From positions 353 to 14,437 of the forward strand of contig JBHEMM010000047.1 in assembly GCA_046262595.1 (NCBI GenBank): DNA of 14,085 nucleotides, read 5' to 3'. The stretch comes from Vulcanimicrobiaceae bacterium (GTDB lineage Bacteria > Vulcanimicrobiota > Vulcanimicrobiia > Vulcanimicrobiales > Vulcanimicrobiaceae). Below the pieces are notes generated by a model. That model was not told where the DNA came from and searched no databases. It saw nothing but the letters and a program-made list of their open reading frames with translations. This document shows positions 1 through 8,242 of this stretch, piece by piece. A program made the translations under genes and the position numbers. How positions within the stretch are numbered: the stretch's first letter is position 1; every line of letters begins with the position of its first letter.

Positions 1-1
1 C

Positions 2-2506
2 AACGTGCGCTCGCGCGGCGTCGGCAATCTGGTGCAGCCGAATATCACGGCTGACGAATACACGGTCTCCGGCGAACAGTTGGATGCCGCTTCGCTCGGC
101 AATGACATGCACAAAACGCTGTACCAATACATTCAGGTGGTCCCGGGCATAACGGCATCATCGTTCCAAGGCCAGCCGCGCATTCACGGCGGTTCGGTGA
201 CCGACGAGCAGTATGAATTCGACGGCATCCCGATTCGCGAACGCATGACGGGCTTCTTCACGACGAATCTTTCGAACGTCGGCATTGCGAATGTGCAAGT
301 TTACACCGGCGGTCTTGACGCCTCGCAAGCGGCGGCCGGCCTCGGCGTCATCAACACGGTTGTAAAGAGCGGCTCGTATCCCGGATACGCGCGGTTCACG
401 TACGGCTCGGCGATCGATGGGTCGCTGCTCAACAACTTTACGTTCGAGTGGGGCGGCGCAACGTCGAACCGGCGCTACTCTTGGTACGGCGCACTCGACA
501 ATACCGATGCAAACAACACGTTCGCATCGGGCATGACATATCCGGCGATGGCGGTCGAAGGCTACAATGGGCCGGGGCCCGTTAAGACCATCGATCTCGT
601 CGCGAACCTTCACTACCGCCCGGACGAGCGGAACGATTTCCAATTTCTAATTCAGAACGGCGTGGGAACGTTCGACTTCAATTACCTCATGAGCGCTCCT
701 AACGGCAGCCCGCAACCGGTAACGGCGCTGCCGTGCCCCGGGTATACCGTGAATCCAAACACCGCATCCGGCGCCAGCGGCGGCCTTGCGCCGAACGGCC
801 AAACGTGTCCCATCGGTCTGTACTTCGGCCAAGCAACAGCCAACGGCGCGAACAACTGGTACCACTACTCCGGCATCGGCAAGATCCAGTGGAACCACAT
901 CCTGAACGATCATTCGAATCTTTCGCTGCGTTTTGCGGAAAACTTCAACCAATACATCTTTCAGCAGCCGGTTGTTGACGCGAATATCGCCGCAATCGAC
1001 AACAGCCCAGACTTTCAAACCTCAGCGGCGTGCACGGCGCTGTTTCCTGCGCCTTACTCGATCGGAACGCCGATTCAAACCTCGGGTCCCGGCGGTACGG
1101 GCTCCGAGTGCCAACAACAGCAAAACTGGTTCAGCACCGGTTATTACGGCGACCGCCGCTCGAACATGTATTTGGGATCGCTGGACTACACCAACAATCT
1201 CAACGCCAATACGACACTCAAGGCCGGCATCGGCGACGAAGTCGACAACAACTTGTGGAACACGTATTTCTCGTTCTACTTCAACGGGGACGGTTCGTGG
1301 CCGGGTGACAATTCGAGTTCAACGTATCCGGATCACGTTATTGACGGCTACGTCGATTTGTCGTCGCGAATCGGCAAATTCCGGCTCGATCCCGGGATTT
1401 TGTATCAGCGGATGACCTACGACTATCCGGCGTACGGCGGTAAACCCGGAGGCCCGTTCGGCGTAGGTATCTGGAATCCGACGTTTTCCCTCACGTATAC
1501 CATGAATCCAAGCAACGTCATTCGGGGTTCATACACGGATTCAACGTCTTTCGTGGGCACCGGATACGTGTATCGCCAAGGCTCATCGGTTTATTCACCC
1601 AGCAACGCCGGCAGCGGCGGTATCTTCAGCGCCAGCCCGACGATGATTCACAGTTATGACCTGCAGTGGGAGCATCAGTTCGATCCGGATACATCTCTCA
1701 AGTTCGGACCATACTTCAACAAGTCGACGAACGTGTTCCAAATCTACCGCCCGGTCAACTTCGTCGATGCGAACGGTGAAGTGCATTATAAGCCGGCAGT
1801 AGCAACGAACAACGGCTTCCGCCAGTCCTTCGGTGCGGAACTGGGGCTGAGCCACATCAACCGTGGACCGGTTGGCGTGTCGTACTTCTTGTCCGTCACG
1901 TATGACAACTTCTGGACGAATTCGACACAGTCGCTCACCGGTTCGTACGGCGGCCCCACAAACAGCTCGCTCGCGTACTTCCCGCGCGTGCGCAACACCG
2001 GCGATCCGCTGATCAGTTCGACACTCACTGCGGAACTGCACATGAACCGAGTGCGGATCATTCCTCAGCTGTACTACCAGGGACCGTCGTTCTATCAAGT
2101 CGGACAGTGCGAGGCTTCGGCGTTTTGGCAAGGATTGAACGGCGTCGGGACGCCCTACTTCCCGTGCGGTTCGACCACGTCGCTGATCGCAAAGCCGGCG
2201 CACTTGCTCCCGGAACTCAAGTCCAACGGCTGGTGGTGGTCTAATCTGGCCGCCATGGTTGACGTGGGACCGCAAAAGGACCTGACGCTCGGCGTTCAAG
2301 TCACGAATTTGTTCAACCAGGTGAACGACACCGCGCCGTGCTGGGTGACGCAGCAAGTGAACACGCCGAGCCTTTATCCGGGATGTGCGCCGTACTATCC
2401 GTCGTCGCCGCAGTCCGGCGTAGGCGCACCCAACCACTACACGTATCAAAACTACTCCGAGACGCCCCGGCAGATCCAGATCTTTCTTTCGAAGAAACTG
2501 CCATAG
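2..2506 (+). CDS. TonB-dependent receptor-like outer-membrane protein, paralog 1 (5'-truncated by window edge)
   Basis: The frame is open from base 2 (NVRSRGVGNLV...) and aligns with paralog 2 at SVNARGAGNLV, so roughly 115 N-terminal residues lie outside the window. Plug-like segment: VVPGI...PRIHGG...YEFDGIPI...NVQVYTGG...GVINTVVKSG. It is followed by Y/F/W/N/G-rich amphipathic strands and a late VTNLFN motif. Stop TAG at 2504-2506. Confidence 0.8.
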   Translation, partial: NVRSRGVGNLVQPNITADEYTVSGEQLDAASLGNDMHKTLYQYIQVVPGITASSFQGQPRIHGGSVTDEQYEFDGIPIRERMTGFFTTNLSNVGIANVQVYTGGLDASQAAAGLGVINTVVKSGSYPGYARFTYGSAIDGSLLNNFTFEWGGATSNRRYSWYGALDNTDANNTFASGMTYPAMAVEGYNGPGPVKTIDLVANLHYRPDERNDFQFLIQNGVGTFDFNYLMSAPNGSPQPVTALPCPGYTVNPNTASGASGGLAPNGQTCPIGLYFGQATANGANNWYHYSGIGKIQWNHILNDHSNLSLRFAENFNQYIFQQPVVDANIAAIDNSPDFQTSAACTALFPAPYSIGTPIQTSGPGGTGSECQQQQNWFSTGYYGDRRSNMYLGSLDYTNNLNANTTLKAGIGDEVDNNLWNTYFSFYFNGDGSWPGDNSSSTYPDHVIDGYVDLSSRIGKFRLDPGILYQRMTYDYPAYGGKPGGPFGVGIWNPTFSLTYTMNPSNVIRGSYTDSTSFVGTGYVYRQGSSVYSPSNAGSGGIFSASPTMIHSYDLQWEHQFDPDTSLKFGPYFNKSTNVFQIYRPVNFVDANGEVHYKPAVATNNGFRQSFGAELGLSHINRGPVGVSYFLSVTYDNFWTNSTQSLTGSYGGPTNSSLAYFPRVRNTGDPLISSTLTAELHMNRVRIIPQLYYQGPSFYQVGQCEASAFWQGLNGVGTPYFPCGSTTSLIAKPAHLLPELKSNGWWWSNLAAMVDVGPQKDLTLGVQVTNLFNQVNDTAPCWVTQQVNTPSLYPGCAPYYPSSPQSGVGAPNHYTYQNYSETPRQIQIFLSKKLP

Positions 2507-2533
2507 CCGAGGTGCTCTTCACGTAGCCTAGAG

Positions 2534-2569
2534 GAAAAGGGGCGCTGCTTAGGCAGCGCCCCTTTTCTT
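2534..2569 (+). terminator. Rho-independent terminator, probably bidirectional
   Basis: Perfect 15-bp inverted repeat GAAAAGGGGCGCTGC-TTAG-GCAGCGCCCCTTTTC (2534-2567) with A- and T-tracts, 27 nt after the paralog 1 stop. Confidence 0.9.
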
Positions 2570-2672
2570 ATCACAGCCTAGGGTCCGAACGAGGGGAAGC
2601 CGGGCATACAAGCGTTCCCGCGCAGGCCTTTGGACAAACTGGTACGCGGCGAAAGGTAACGCCCGTCATTGC

Positions 2673-2789
2673 GCCGGAAACTCCCCGGCAGCGACGAGCG
2701 CGGGACCGCGCCGGTCGCCTTTCTTTTATTCGGACGGCCTACGCCGGGATGCAACGAGCAACGGGATGGACCGTCCGGGGGAGTGGACA
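2673..2789 (+). promoter_or_regulatory. Structured 5' leader of TBDR2 with terminator-like hairpin and Shine-Dalgarno
   Basis: Hairpin GCCGG/CCGGC (2673-2689). Hairpin GCGAC..GCGCG-GGAC-CGCGC..GTCGC (2691-2718) followed by CTTTCTTTTATT. CGGACGG (2731-2737) is complementary to CCGTCCG (2771-2777), which abuts the SD GGGGGAG (2777-2783), 6 nt before ATG 2790. Confidence 0.4.
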
Positions 2790-5711
2790 ATGAGAAAATT
2801 TCTAGCTGCGGGATTGTTGGCAGCGGCGATGCTGCTGCCAAACGTTGCTTCGGCGGGCACGACGGGCACGATTGCCGGTGTCGTCGCCGACGCACAGAGC
2901 GGTCTACCGGTAGCCAACGTTCGCGTCACCGCGACGTCGGCAAGTCAGACCCAAAGCACGACCACCAATGCAACGGGTTTTTACTCGCTGCAGGCACTCA
3001 CGCCCGATACGTATATCGTTTCTTTCCAGGCAACCGGATATGAAGCGTCAAGCCAGGCGGGCATCAACGTCCAGCAAGACCTCGTCTCCAAACTGGACGT
3101 CAAAGTAACGAAATCGCTCAAGACCATCGCCAGCGTGAACGCTCGCGGCGCCGGCAATTTGGTCAAACCGTATGAAGGCACGGACGTATACAACGTCAGC
3201 GGCGCTCAGCTGAACGCAGCAACGGGCGGCGACAACCTGCATCATACGATTTACGAGTATCTCGACACCGTCCCCGGAGTAACGCCTATCGGCGGCGGTT
3301 ATCCGGCCGAACCCTCCATCCGCGGCGGCTACGACGTGGATAACGGCTACGAACTCGACGGCATTCCGATCACGGAACGTATGACCGGTTACTTCACGAC
3401 GAACTTGACCGATCTCGGCATCGGCAACGTGGAAGTATATACGGGCGGTTTGTCGGCGCAAAACGCCGGAAACGGCGTGGGCGTGATCAATTCGGTTATG
3501 AAAACCGGCACGTATCCCTCCTTCGGATCGTTCAGCCTCGGCTTGACGGGCCCGGACTTCAACCACTTCTTGCGCGCCGAGTATGGAACCGCAACGCAAG
3601 ACCACCGCTTCTCGCTCTACATGGGTTTTGATGCGGCGAACTCGCAAAACGACTTCAACAACGGCAACGTCTCGTTTTCTCTGCCGCAGGTCGGCATCAG
3701 TTCCGGCAATCCCGGCTACATCGAAACGCGCGACTTCGTTCTGAACGCGCATTTCCGGCCGAGCACACGCGACGATTTCCAGTTCTTCTATCAAAACAGC
3801 TTGTTCAACGACGGCGTCAACTACGCGCTTTACTCGGGCACGAGAACCGCGCCGCTGCTCTCGCTGCAGCCGTGCCCGGGCGCCGTGGCAAGCGGCACTT
3901 CGGCTTCCGGCGCAACCGGCGGCACGGCGCCCAACGGACAGTCGTGCCCCGACGGTCTCTATTTTGGGGCGCTTGCGAACGGCGCCGGAAACTTCTTGGG
4001 TCACTATTCCGGCATCGGAAAGATCCAGTGGAATCACATCATCAATTCACAATCGAGCTTGGCGCTCCGGTTGGCGGAAAATTATAACGGCTACATCTTC
4101 AACCAGGAACTCACGGATCCGAACCTGCCTGCTCTCGTTCAGCCGTACGGCGACACGGGTTGTCCGGTCTACCCGTATGCGGCCGGGTCGCCGCTACAGG
4201 AAGATGGCAGCGGCAGCCAATGCACGCAAGACCTGGGCGATTATTACCAGAACCGTTACGGCAACGACTACTATCTCTCGCTCGACTACACGAACACGCC
4301 GAACGAGAACACCACGATCAAGGCCGGTGCCGGACAGGAGTACGACAATCAGAAGCGCGACGTTCGTTATCTGAACCTGTACAACAATCCGAACAACCCG
4401 AATACGGCAGGCACGTGCGGCGGCGCAACGTTCTCGTACTCATGCCAAAACGCGCTCACCGACATTCCGCTGCACGTTCCGTACGTCTACGCGCAGGCGT
4501 CCATGAACATCGGAAAGTTCACGGTTCAGCCGGGGCTGCGCTACTCGCGAGCATCGTACGCGATTCCGGCGCAACCCGGTATGACGGGCCCGTTCCAGCC
4601 GAACGGCATCCCGGGCGGCACGGCTTCGACGGGCTTTTTAGCGCCGTCGATCTTGGGCACGTACCGCGTCAACCCGAACAACGTCGTGCGCTATTCGTAC
4701 GCAACGACGGGCCAGTTCATCGGAACGGAGTTCGTCTACCGCTTAGGCTCCACGACATACAACCCATTCTACATACCGCAGAACGCGACGACGGGCGCGG
4801 CGCTGTCTCCAACCAGCATCAAGCCGCAGGTCAATACGAGTTTCGATATGCAGTGGGAGCATCAGTTCAATTCGAACACGTCGCTCAAGATCGGACCGTA
4901 CTACCGCTTCTCAAATAACTACTTGGACATCTATTCGCCGCTGATCAACGCACCCGGGCCCGGCATCGCGCCGAAGTACGGACCGCCGATCGTCGCGAAC
5001 AACTTGAAGATCCGCTCGTTCGGTATCGAAGCGGGGCTGGCCCACGAAGACAACCGGCCCGTCGGCGCATCGTACTGGATTAGCGGCTCGCTCAACAACT
5101 ACTGGACGCAGGTTTCCGCTTTCGGACAAGTTGCATTCATCAACTATCCGATCGCCGATTACTTCCGCAACCAGGGCATCATGGTGCGCAGCCCCTACGT
5201 TCCTCCGTTCGCGGCAACGATCACTGCCGATCTGCACGCGAACGGCTGGCACCTGATTCCGAACTCGTACTACACGTTCGGAAACTTCTTCAATACCGGC
5301 GCATGCTTGCGCTACGTCGGTGGTGCTCCGGCAACGCCCAACGGCTATACGCGTCCGGTATCGTGTACCGGCAGCCCGGGAACCAACGGCCATACCCAAC
5401 CGCCGGTGTTGGCGCCGGAAATGCGCGGCATGGGTTATTGGAAAGTCAACGTGACGCTGGCGAAAGATATCAACAAGCATCTGACCGCCGGTCTTCGCGT
5501 CCTGAACGCCTCGAACAATCTCCATGATTGGGACGGCGCGACGATCCCGTGCTATAACCCGCAGGATCCGGCACTTCCGACCGGCTACGGCTCGGGCTGT
5601 TTCAGCAACAACGGCCCGACGTCAGGAACGAATGCACCCGTGGGATATATCTACCAGAACCAGACGGAAAGCCCGCGAAGCTACGAAGTGTTCTTGAACA
5701 TCAAAATGTAG
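2790..5711 (+). CDS. TonB-dependent receptor-like protein with N-terminal carboxypeptidase-regulatory-like domain, paralog 2 (973 aa)
   Basis: Start reassigned to ATG 2790 because of the SD and a Sec signal MRKFLAAGLLAAAMLLPNVASA. CarboxypepD_reg-like domain: TGTIAGVVADAQSGLPVANVRV...TTNATGFYSLQALTPDTYIV. Plug: TVPGV...SIRGG...LDGIPI...VEVYTGG...GVINSVMKTG. Barrel-like remainder, e.g. FTVQPGLRY. Confidence 0.85.
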   Translation: MRKFLAAGLLAAAMLLPNVASAGTTGTIAGVVADAQSGLPVANVRVTATSASQTQSTTTNATGFYSLQALTPDTYIVSFQATGYEASSQAGINVQQDLVSKLDVKVTKSLKTIASVNARGAGNLVKPYEGTDVYNVSGAQLNAATGGDNLHHTIYEYLDTVPGVTPIGGGYPAEPSIRGGYDVDNGYELDGIPITERMTGYFTTNLTDLGIGNVEVYTGGLSAQNAGNGVGVINSVMKTGTYPSFGSFSLGLTGPDFNHFLRAEYGTATQDHRFSLYMGFDAANSQNDFNNGNVSFSLPQVGISSGNPGYIETRDFVLNAHFRPSTRDDFQFFYQNSLFNDGVNYALYSGTRTAPLLSLQPCPGAVASGTSASGATGGTAPNGQSCPDGLYFGALANGAGNFLGHYSGIGKIQWNHIINSQSSLALRLAENYNGYIFNQELTDPNLPALVQPYGDTGCPVYPYAAGSPLQEDGSGSQCTQDLGDYYQNRYGNDYYLSLDYTNTPNENTTIKAGAGQEYDNQKRDVRYLNLYNNPNNPNTAGTCGGATFSYSCQNALTDIPLHVPYVYAQASMNIGKFTVQPGLRYSRASYAIPAQPGMTGPFQPNGIPGGTASTGFLAPSILGTYRVNPNNVVRYSYATTGQFIGTEFVYRLGSTTYNPFYIPQNATTGAALSPTSIKPQVNTSFDMQWEHQFNSNTSLKIGPYYRFSNNYLDIYSPLINAPGPGIAPKYGPPIVANNLKIRSFGIEAGLAHEDNRPVGASYWISGSLNNYWTQVSAFGQVAFINYPIADYFRNQGIMVRSPYVPPFAATITADLHANGWHLIPNSYYTFGNFFNTGACLRYVGGAPATPNGYTRPVSCTGSPGTNGHTQPPVLAPEMRGMGYWKVNVTLAKDINKHLTAGLRVLNASNNLHDWDGATIPCYNPQDPALPTGYGSGCFSNNGPTSGTNAPVGYIYQNQTESPRSYEVFLNIKM

Positions 5712-5729
5712 CTACGGTCTTCCGCACGG

Positions 5730-5769
5730 AAGAAAGGGCGATGCGGCAGCAGCATCGCCCTTTCTTTTT
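5730..5769 (+). terminator. Rho-independent terminator
   Basis: Perfect 15-bp inverted repeat AAGAAAGGGCGATGC-GGCAGCA-GCATCGCCCTTTCTT (5730-5766), continuing into TTT, 18 nt after the paralog 2 stop. Confidence 0.9.
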
Positions 5770-5784
5770 GTAGAAAGAGGCGGT

Positions 5785-7278
5785 ATGAACGCATTGTGGC
5801 CGCTGATCTTCTCCGCGCTGCTGGCGCAGTCGCCGACGCCTGTCCCCAACGCCTCGCCGACGCCGGCGGGCCTCATCTATTACGGCAATCCCGCGGTTAC
5901 GTTCCGCGTGGAATCGCGCCCGCTGGGGTTCGATCCGGACGGCAATGCACGATGGCTGCTGATCGCGCATTATTTCGATGCGCAGGGCCATCCGACGCGC
6001 ATTATGGCGAACAGCGATTTGGATTGGCTCTCCCGCGACGGATACGTGCAGTGGCAGACGCGTCTGCGCTACGGGCAGCCGTCCGCCATTTTGAAAACGC
6101 ACCGCAACGGCGTCCTGACGATGATCGTACGCTCGAATGCGCCCAAACTCGGCATCATAACGCTGCATACCGATACGCGCAGGTGGCGCGGTGCACGCGT
6201 CACCGCGCAGGCGCTAGGGCCGCATGCCGTGCAGGTCGGGTGGTTTCCGCAGCAGACGCAAATGGCGCGCGTCGTGCGCGTGGATGGCAGCGGAGCGCGA
6301 TCCACGGTCGCCGAGATCGCGGGCCCGAGTTCCACGTTTCGCGATATGCGCGTTTCGCCCGGCAAGCATTACCGCTATATCGTATACCGCTCCGGCTCTG
6401 CCGCCGCGCTGCTTGCGCCAGTGCTCGTGCCGGTGGAACCGCCCGCAACGGCGGTCGCGAACGCGAGCGGAAAAGCGATGTGGCTGTACTTCACAGCCAA
6501 TCCGACGGATGCGATTTACTACAAGCATTTGCATGCGCAGGCGATCGTCGATCAAGCCGTGCGCGCCGGTCTGCACTATGTGGAATTGCGCACGGCGTAC
6601 GGCGCGTATTGGGAAGTGACGCCCGAAGCGAAGCCCACAATCGATGCCATCATTGACGGGCTTGCCGCGCACGGTATCGGAACGATCGGTTGGACCGTGC
6701 CTCGTGACACGACGTTCGAAGATCTGCAGGCGAGCGTGCGCACCGCGTATTACCGCACCGCGAAAGGCACGCCAATGACGGGGCTTGCGGTCGATCTGGA
6801 ACGGGGCGATGAATTTATGGGAGGCGATCCCAACGGGCTGAGCGCGCTTTGGATGTACGTGCAGGCGCTGCGCGCGGCGGTCGGACCGAAGTACCTCATC
6901 GTTTCGACGATCGAGGACCCCTATCTCGAACATCTGGATGATGCGAAGTATCCGTATCCGCAGATCGCGCGGTTCTCGGATGTCGTGCAGCCGATGGCGT
7001 ACTGGCGGATGATGCGGCGCAAGCCCACCGACCCCGCGCAGGTCCGCGTGCTGCTCAAAGGTTCGTTCGACCGCACGCGCGCACTTTCTGCGCGCAACAT
7101 TCCCATCAGCATCGGCGGACAAACGGATGCCGAAGGCCGCAACGGCTTTCCGCCGGCCGGCGAGATCACCGCGTCGCTTGCGATCAGCAAAGAACTCGGG
7201 GCGATCGGTGAGTGCTTCTTTGCCTGGGATGCGACGCAGAGCTATCAGTGGGACGCGATTGGAGCTTTTGCTTGGTAA
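5785..7278 (+). CDS. Secreted hypothetical protein with FN3-like domain and C-terminal glycoside-hydrolase-like TIM barrel (497 aa)
   Basis: SD-like AGAGG before the ATG. Hydrophobic N-terminus, then a PTPVPNASPTP linker. FN3-like pattern AVQVGW...STFRDMRVSPGKHYRYIVY. Alternating beta/alpha C-terminal region with GKAMWLY, GLAVDLE (DxE), DVVQPMAYW and FFAWD. The CDS is confident; the product is tentative. Confidence 0.6.
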   Translation: MNALWPLIFSALLAQSPTPVPNASPTPAGLIYYGNPAVTFRVESRPLGFDPDGNARWLLIAHYFDAQGHPTRIMANSDLDWLSRDGYVQWQTRLRYGQPSAILKTHRNGVLTMIVRSNAPKLGIITLHTDTRRWRGARVTAQALGPHAVQVGWFPQQTQMARVVRVDGSGARSTVAEIAGPSSTFRDMRVSPGKHYRYIVYRSGSAAALLAPVLVPVEPPATAVANASGKAMWLYFTANPTDAIYYKHLHAQAIVDQAVRAGLHYVELRTAYGAYWEVTPEAKPTIDAIIDGLAAHGIGTIGWTVPRDTTFEDLQASVRTAYYRTAKGTPMTGLAVDLERGDEFMGGDPNGLSALWMYVQALRAAVGPKYLIVSTIEDPYLEHLDDAKYPYPQIARFSDVVQPMAYWRMMRRKPTDPAQVRVLLKGSFDRTRALSARNIPISIGGQTDAEGRNGFPPAGEITASLAISKELGAIGECFFAWDATQSYQWDAIGAFAW

Positions 7279-7288
7279 CGCGCTTAAG

Positions 7289-8242
7289 GTGACGGCGTAT
7301 GTCGTGCGTCGGATTTTGTGGGGCGTGCCGGCGTTTTTGGGCGTGACGGTGCTCACGTTCGTGCTGCTGCATCTGGCGCCGGGCGGCCCTGCGGCGGCGC
7401 TGGCCGGAGAGAAGGCGACGCCGGCGCAGATTGCGCTGCTAACGCATCAGTTCGGGCTCGACAAACCACTGCCCGTGCAATACGCAGCGTGGCTTGGTGC
7501 CGTGCTGCACGGCGATCTGGGCTTCTCATATGCGGCACAGCAGCCGGTCATCGGGCTGCTCGGGCAGCGGTTGCCGCAAACGCTGCTGCTGATGGGGTTC
7601 TCGCTTTTCCTTTCCATTGCGATCGCGATTCCGCTCGGCGTCTACCAGGCGTACAAGCACCGCACCGCGTTCGATCGCGCCGCGAGTGCGGCGGTGTTCG
7701 TTGCTTGGTCGATGCCGACGTTTTGGTTCGGCACGCTGCTCATCGCGCTATTTGCCGTCACGCTTCGCTGGGCGCCCGTGGGCGGGCTCCAAACGATCGA
7801 CACGACGGCGTTCGACGTTCCCTCACGTATCGCGCATCTGGTGCTGCCGGCGCTCACGCTTGCAATCGTCAGCGTCGGTGGTTTCAGCCGGTACGTGCGC
7901 GGCAGCGTCGTGGAGCAGCTGCGCGAGGATTACGTGCGCACCGCGATTGCAAAAGGTTTGCCGCTGCGTGCCGTGCTGTTCCGGCATACGCTGCGCAATG
8001 CGCTTATTCCATTCATCACCATCCTGGGCAGTTCGCTGCCCGCGCTTTTCGGCGGCGCCATTATCACCGAGCAGATCTTCGCGTATCCCGGCATGGGGCA
8101 ACTGTTTTGGCAGTCGGCGATCGCTCGCGACTATCCAACGCTGCTCGGCATGACGGTCTTCACGGCGCTGCTCGTGATTGCAGGCAATTTGCTGGCGGAC
8201 GTATCGTACGCCGTGGCGGATCCGCGCGTTCGCTATGATTGA
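7289..8242 (+). CDS. Oligopeptide/dipeptide/nickel-family ABC transporter permease (OppB/DppB-like)
   Basis: The probable start is GTG 7289 (MTAYVVRRIL..), 10 nt after the upstream stop. Family motifs: LAPGGP, FGLDKPLPVQY, GDLGFS, RLPQTLLL, HLVLPALTL, EAA-loop region EDYVRTAIAKGL, HTLRNALIP, DVSYAVADPRVR. Confidence 0.93.
   Translation: MTAYVVRRILWGVPAFLGVTVLTFVLLHLAPGGPAAALAGEKATPAQIALLTHQFGLDKPLPVQYAAWLGAVLHGDLGFSYAAQQPVIGLLGQRLPQTLLLMGFSLFLSIAIAIPLGVYQAYKHRTAFDRAASAAVFVAWSMPTFWFGTLLIALFAVTLRWAPVGGLQTIDTTAFDVPSRIAHLVLPALTLAIVSVGGFSRYVRGSVVEQLREDYVRTAIAKGLPLRAVLFRHTLRNALIPFITILGSSLPALFGGAIITEQIFAYPGMGQLFWQSAIARDYPTLLGMTVFTALLVIAGNLLADVSYAVADPRVRYD

Noticed and set aside
2592..2630. GGGAAGCCGG resembles the start of a cobalamin riboswitch core, upstream of a TBDR
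   Set aside because: The following GTG-RAA-TCC stem, GCCACTG and B12-box elements are not present.
2629..2657. TTGGAC / CTGGTACG as a sigma70 -35 or sigma54 -24 element
   Set aside because: There is no properly spaced TANNNT -10 or TTGC -12.
2669..2789. Leader peptide or small ORFs in the TBDR intergenic region
   Set aside because: No SD, no telling codon runs, and the ORFs run out of frame into TBDR2.
1..5711. Apparent compositional shift (more A/C-rich) relative to the ABC genes, suggesting horizontal transfer
   Set aside because: Explainable by Asn/Thr/Tyr-rich receptor composition; not quantified; no mobility genes or boundaries seen.
7127..7288. N-terminal extensions of the OppB-like ORF (also 2766-2789, 8178-8234, 13556-13729)
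   Set aside because: They overlap neighbouring genes or precede the SD; family-typical N-termini and coupled starts lie downstream.
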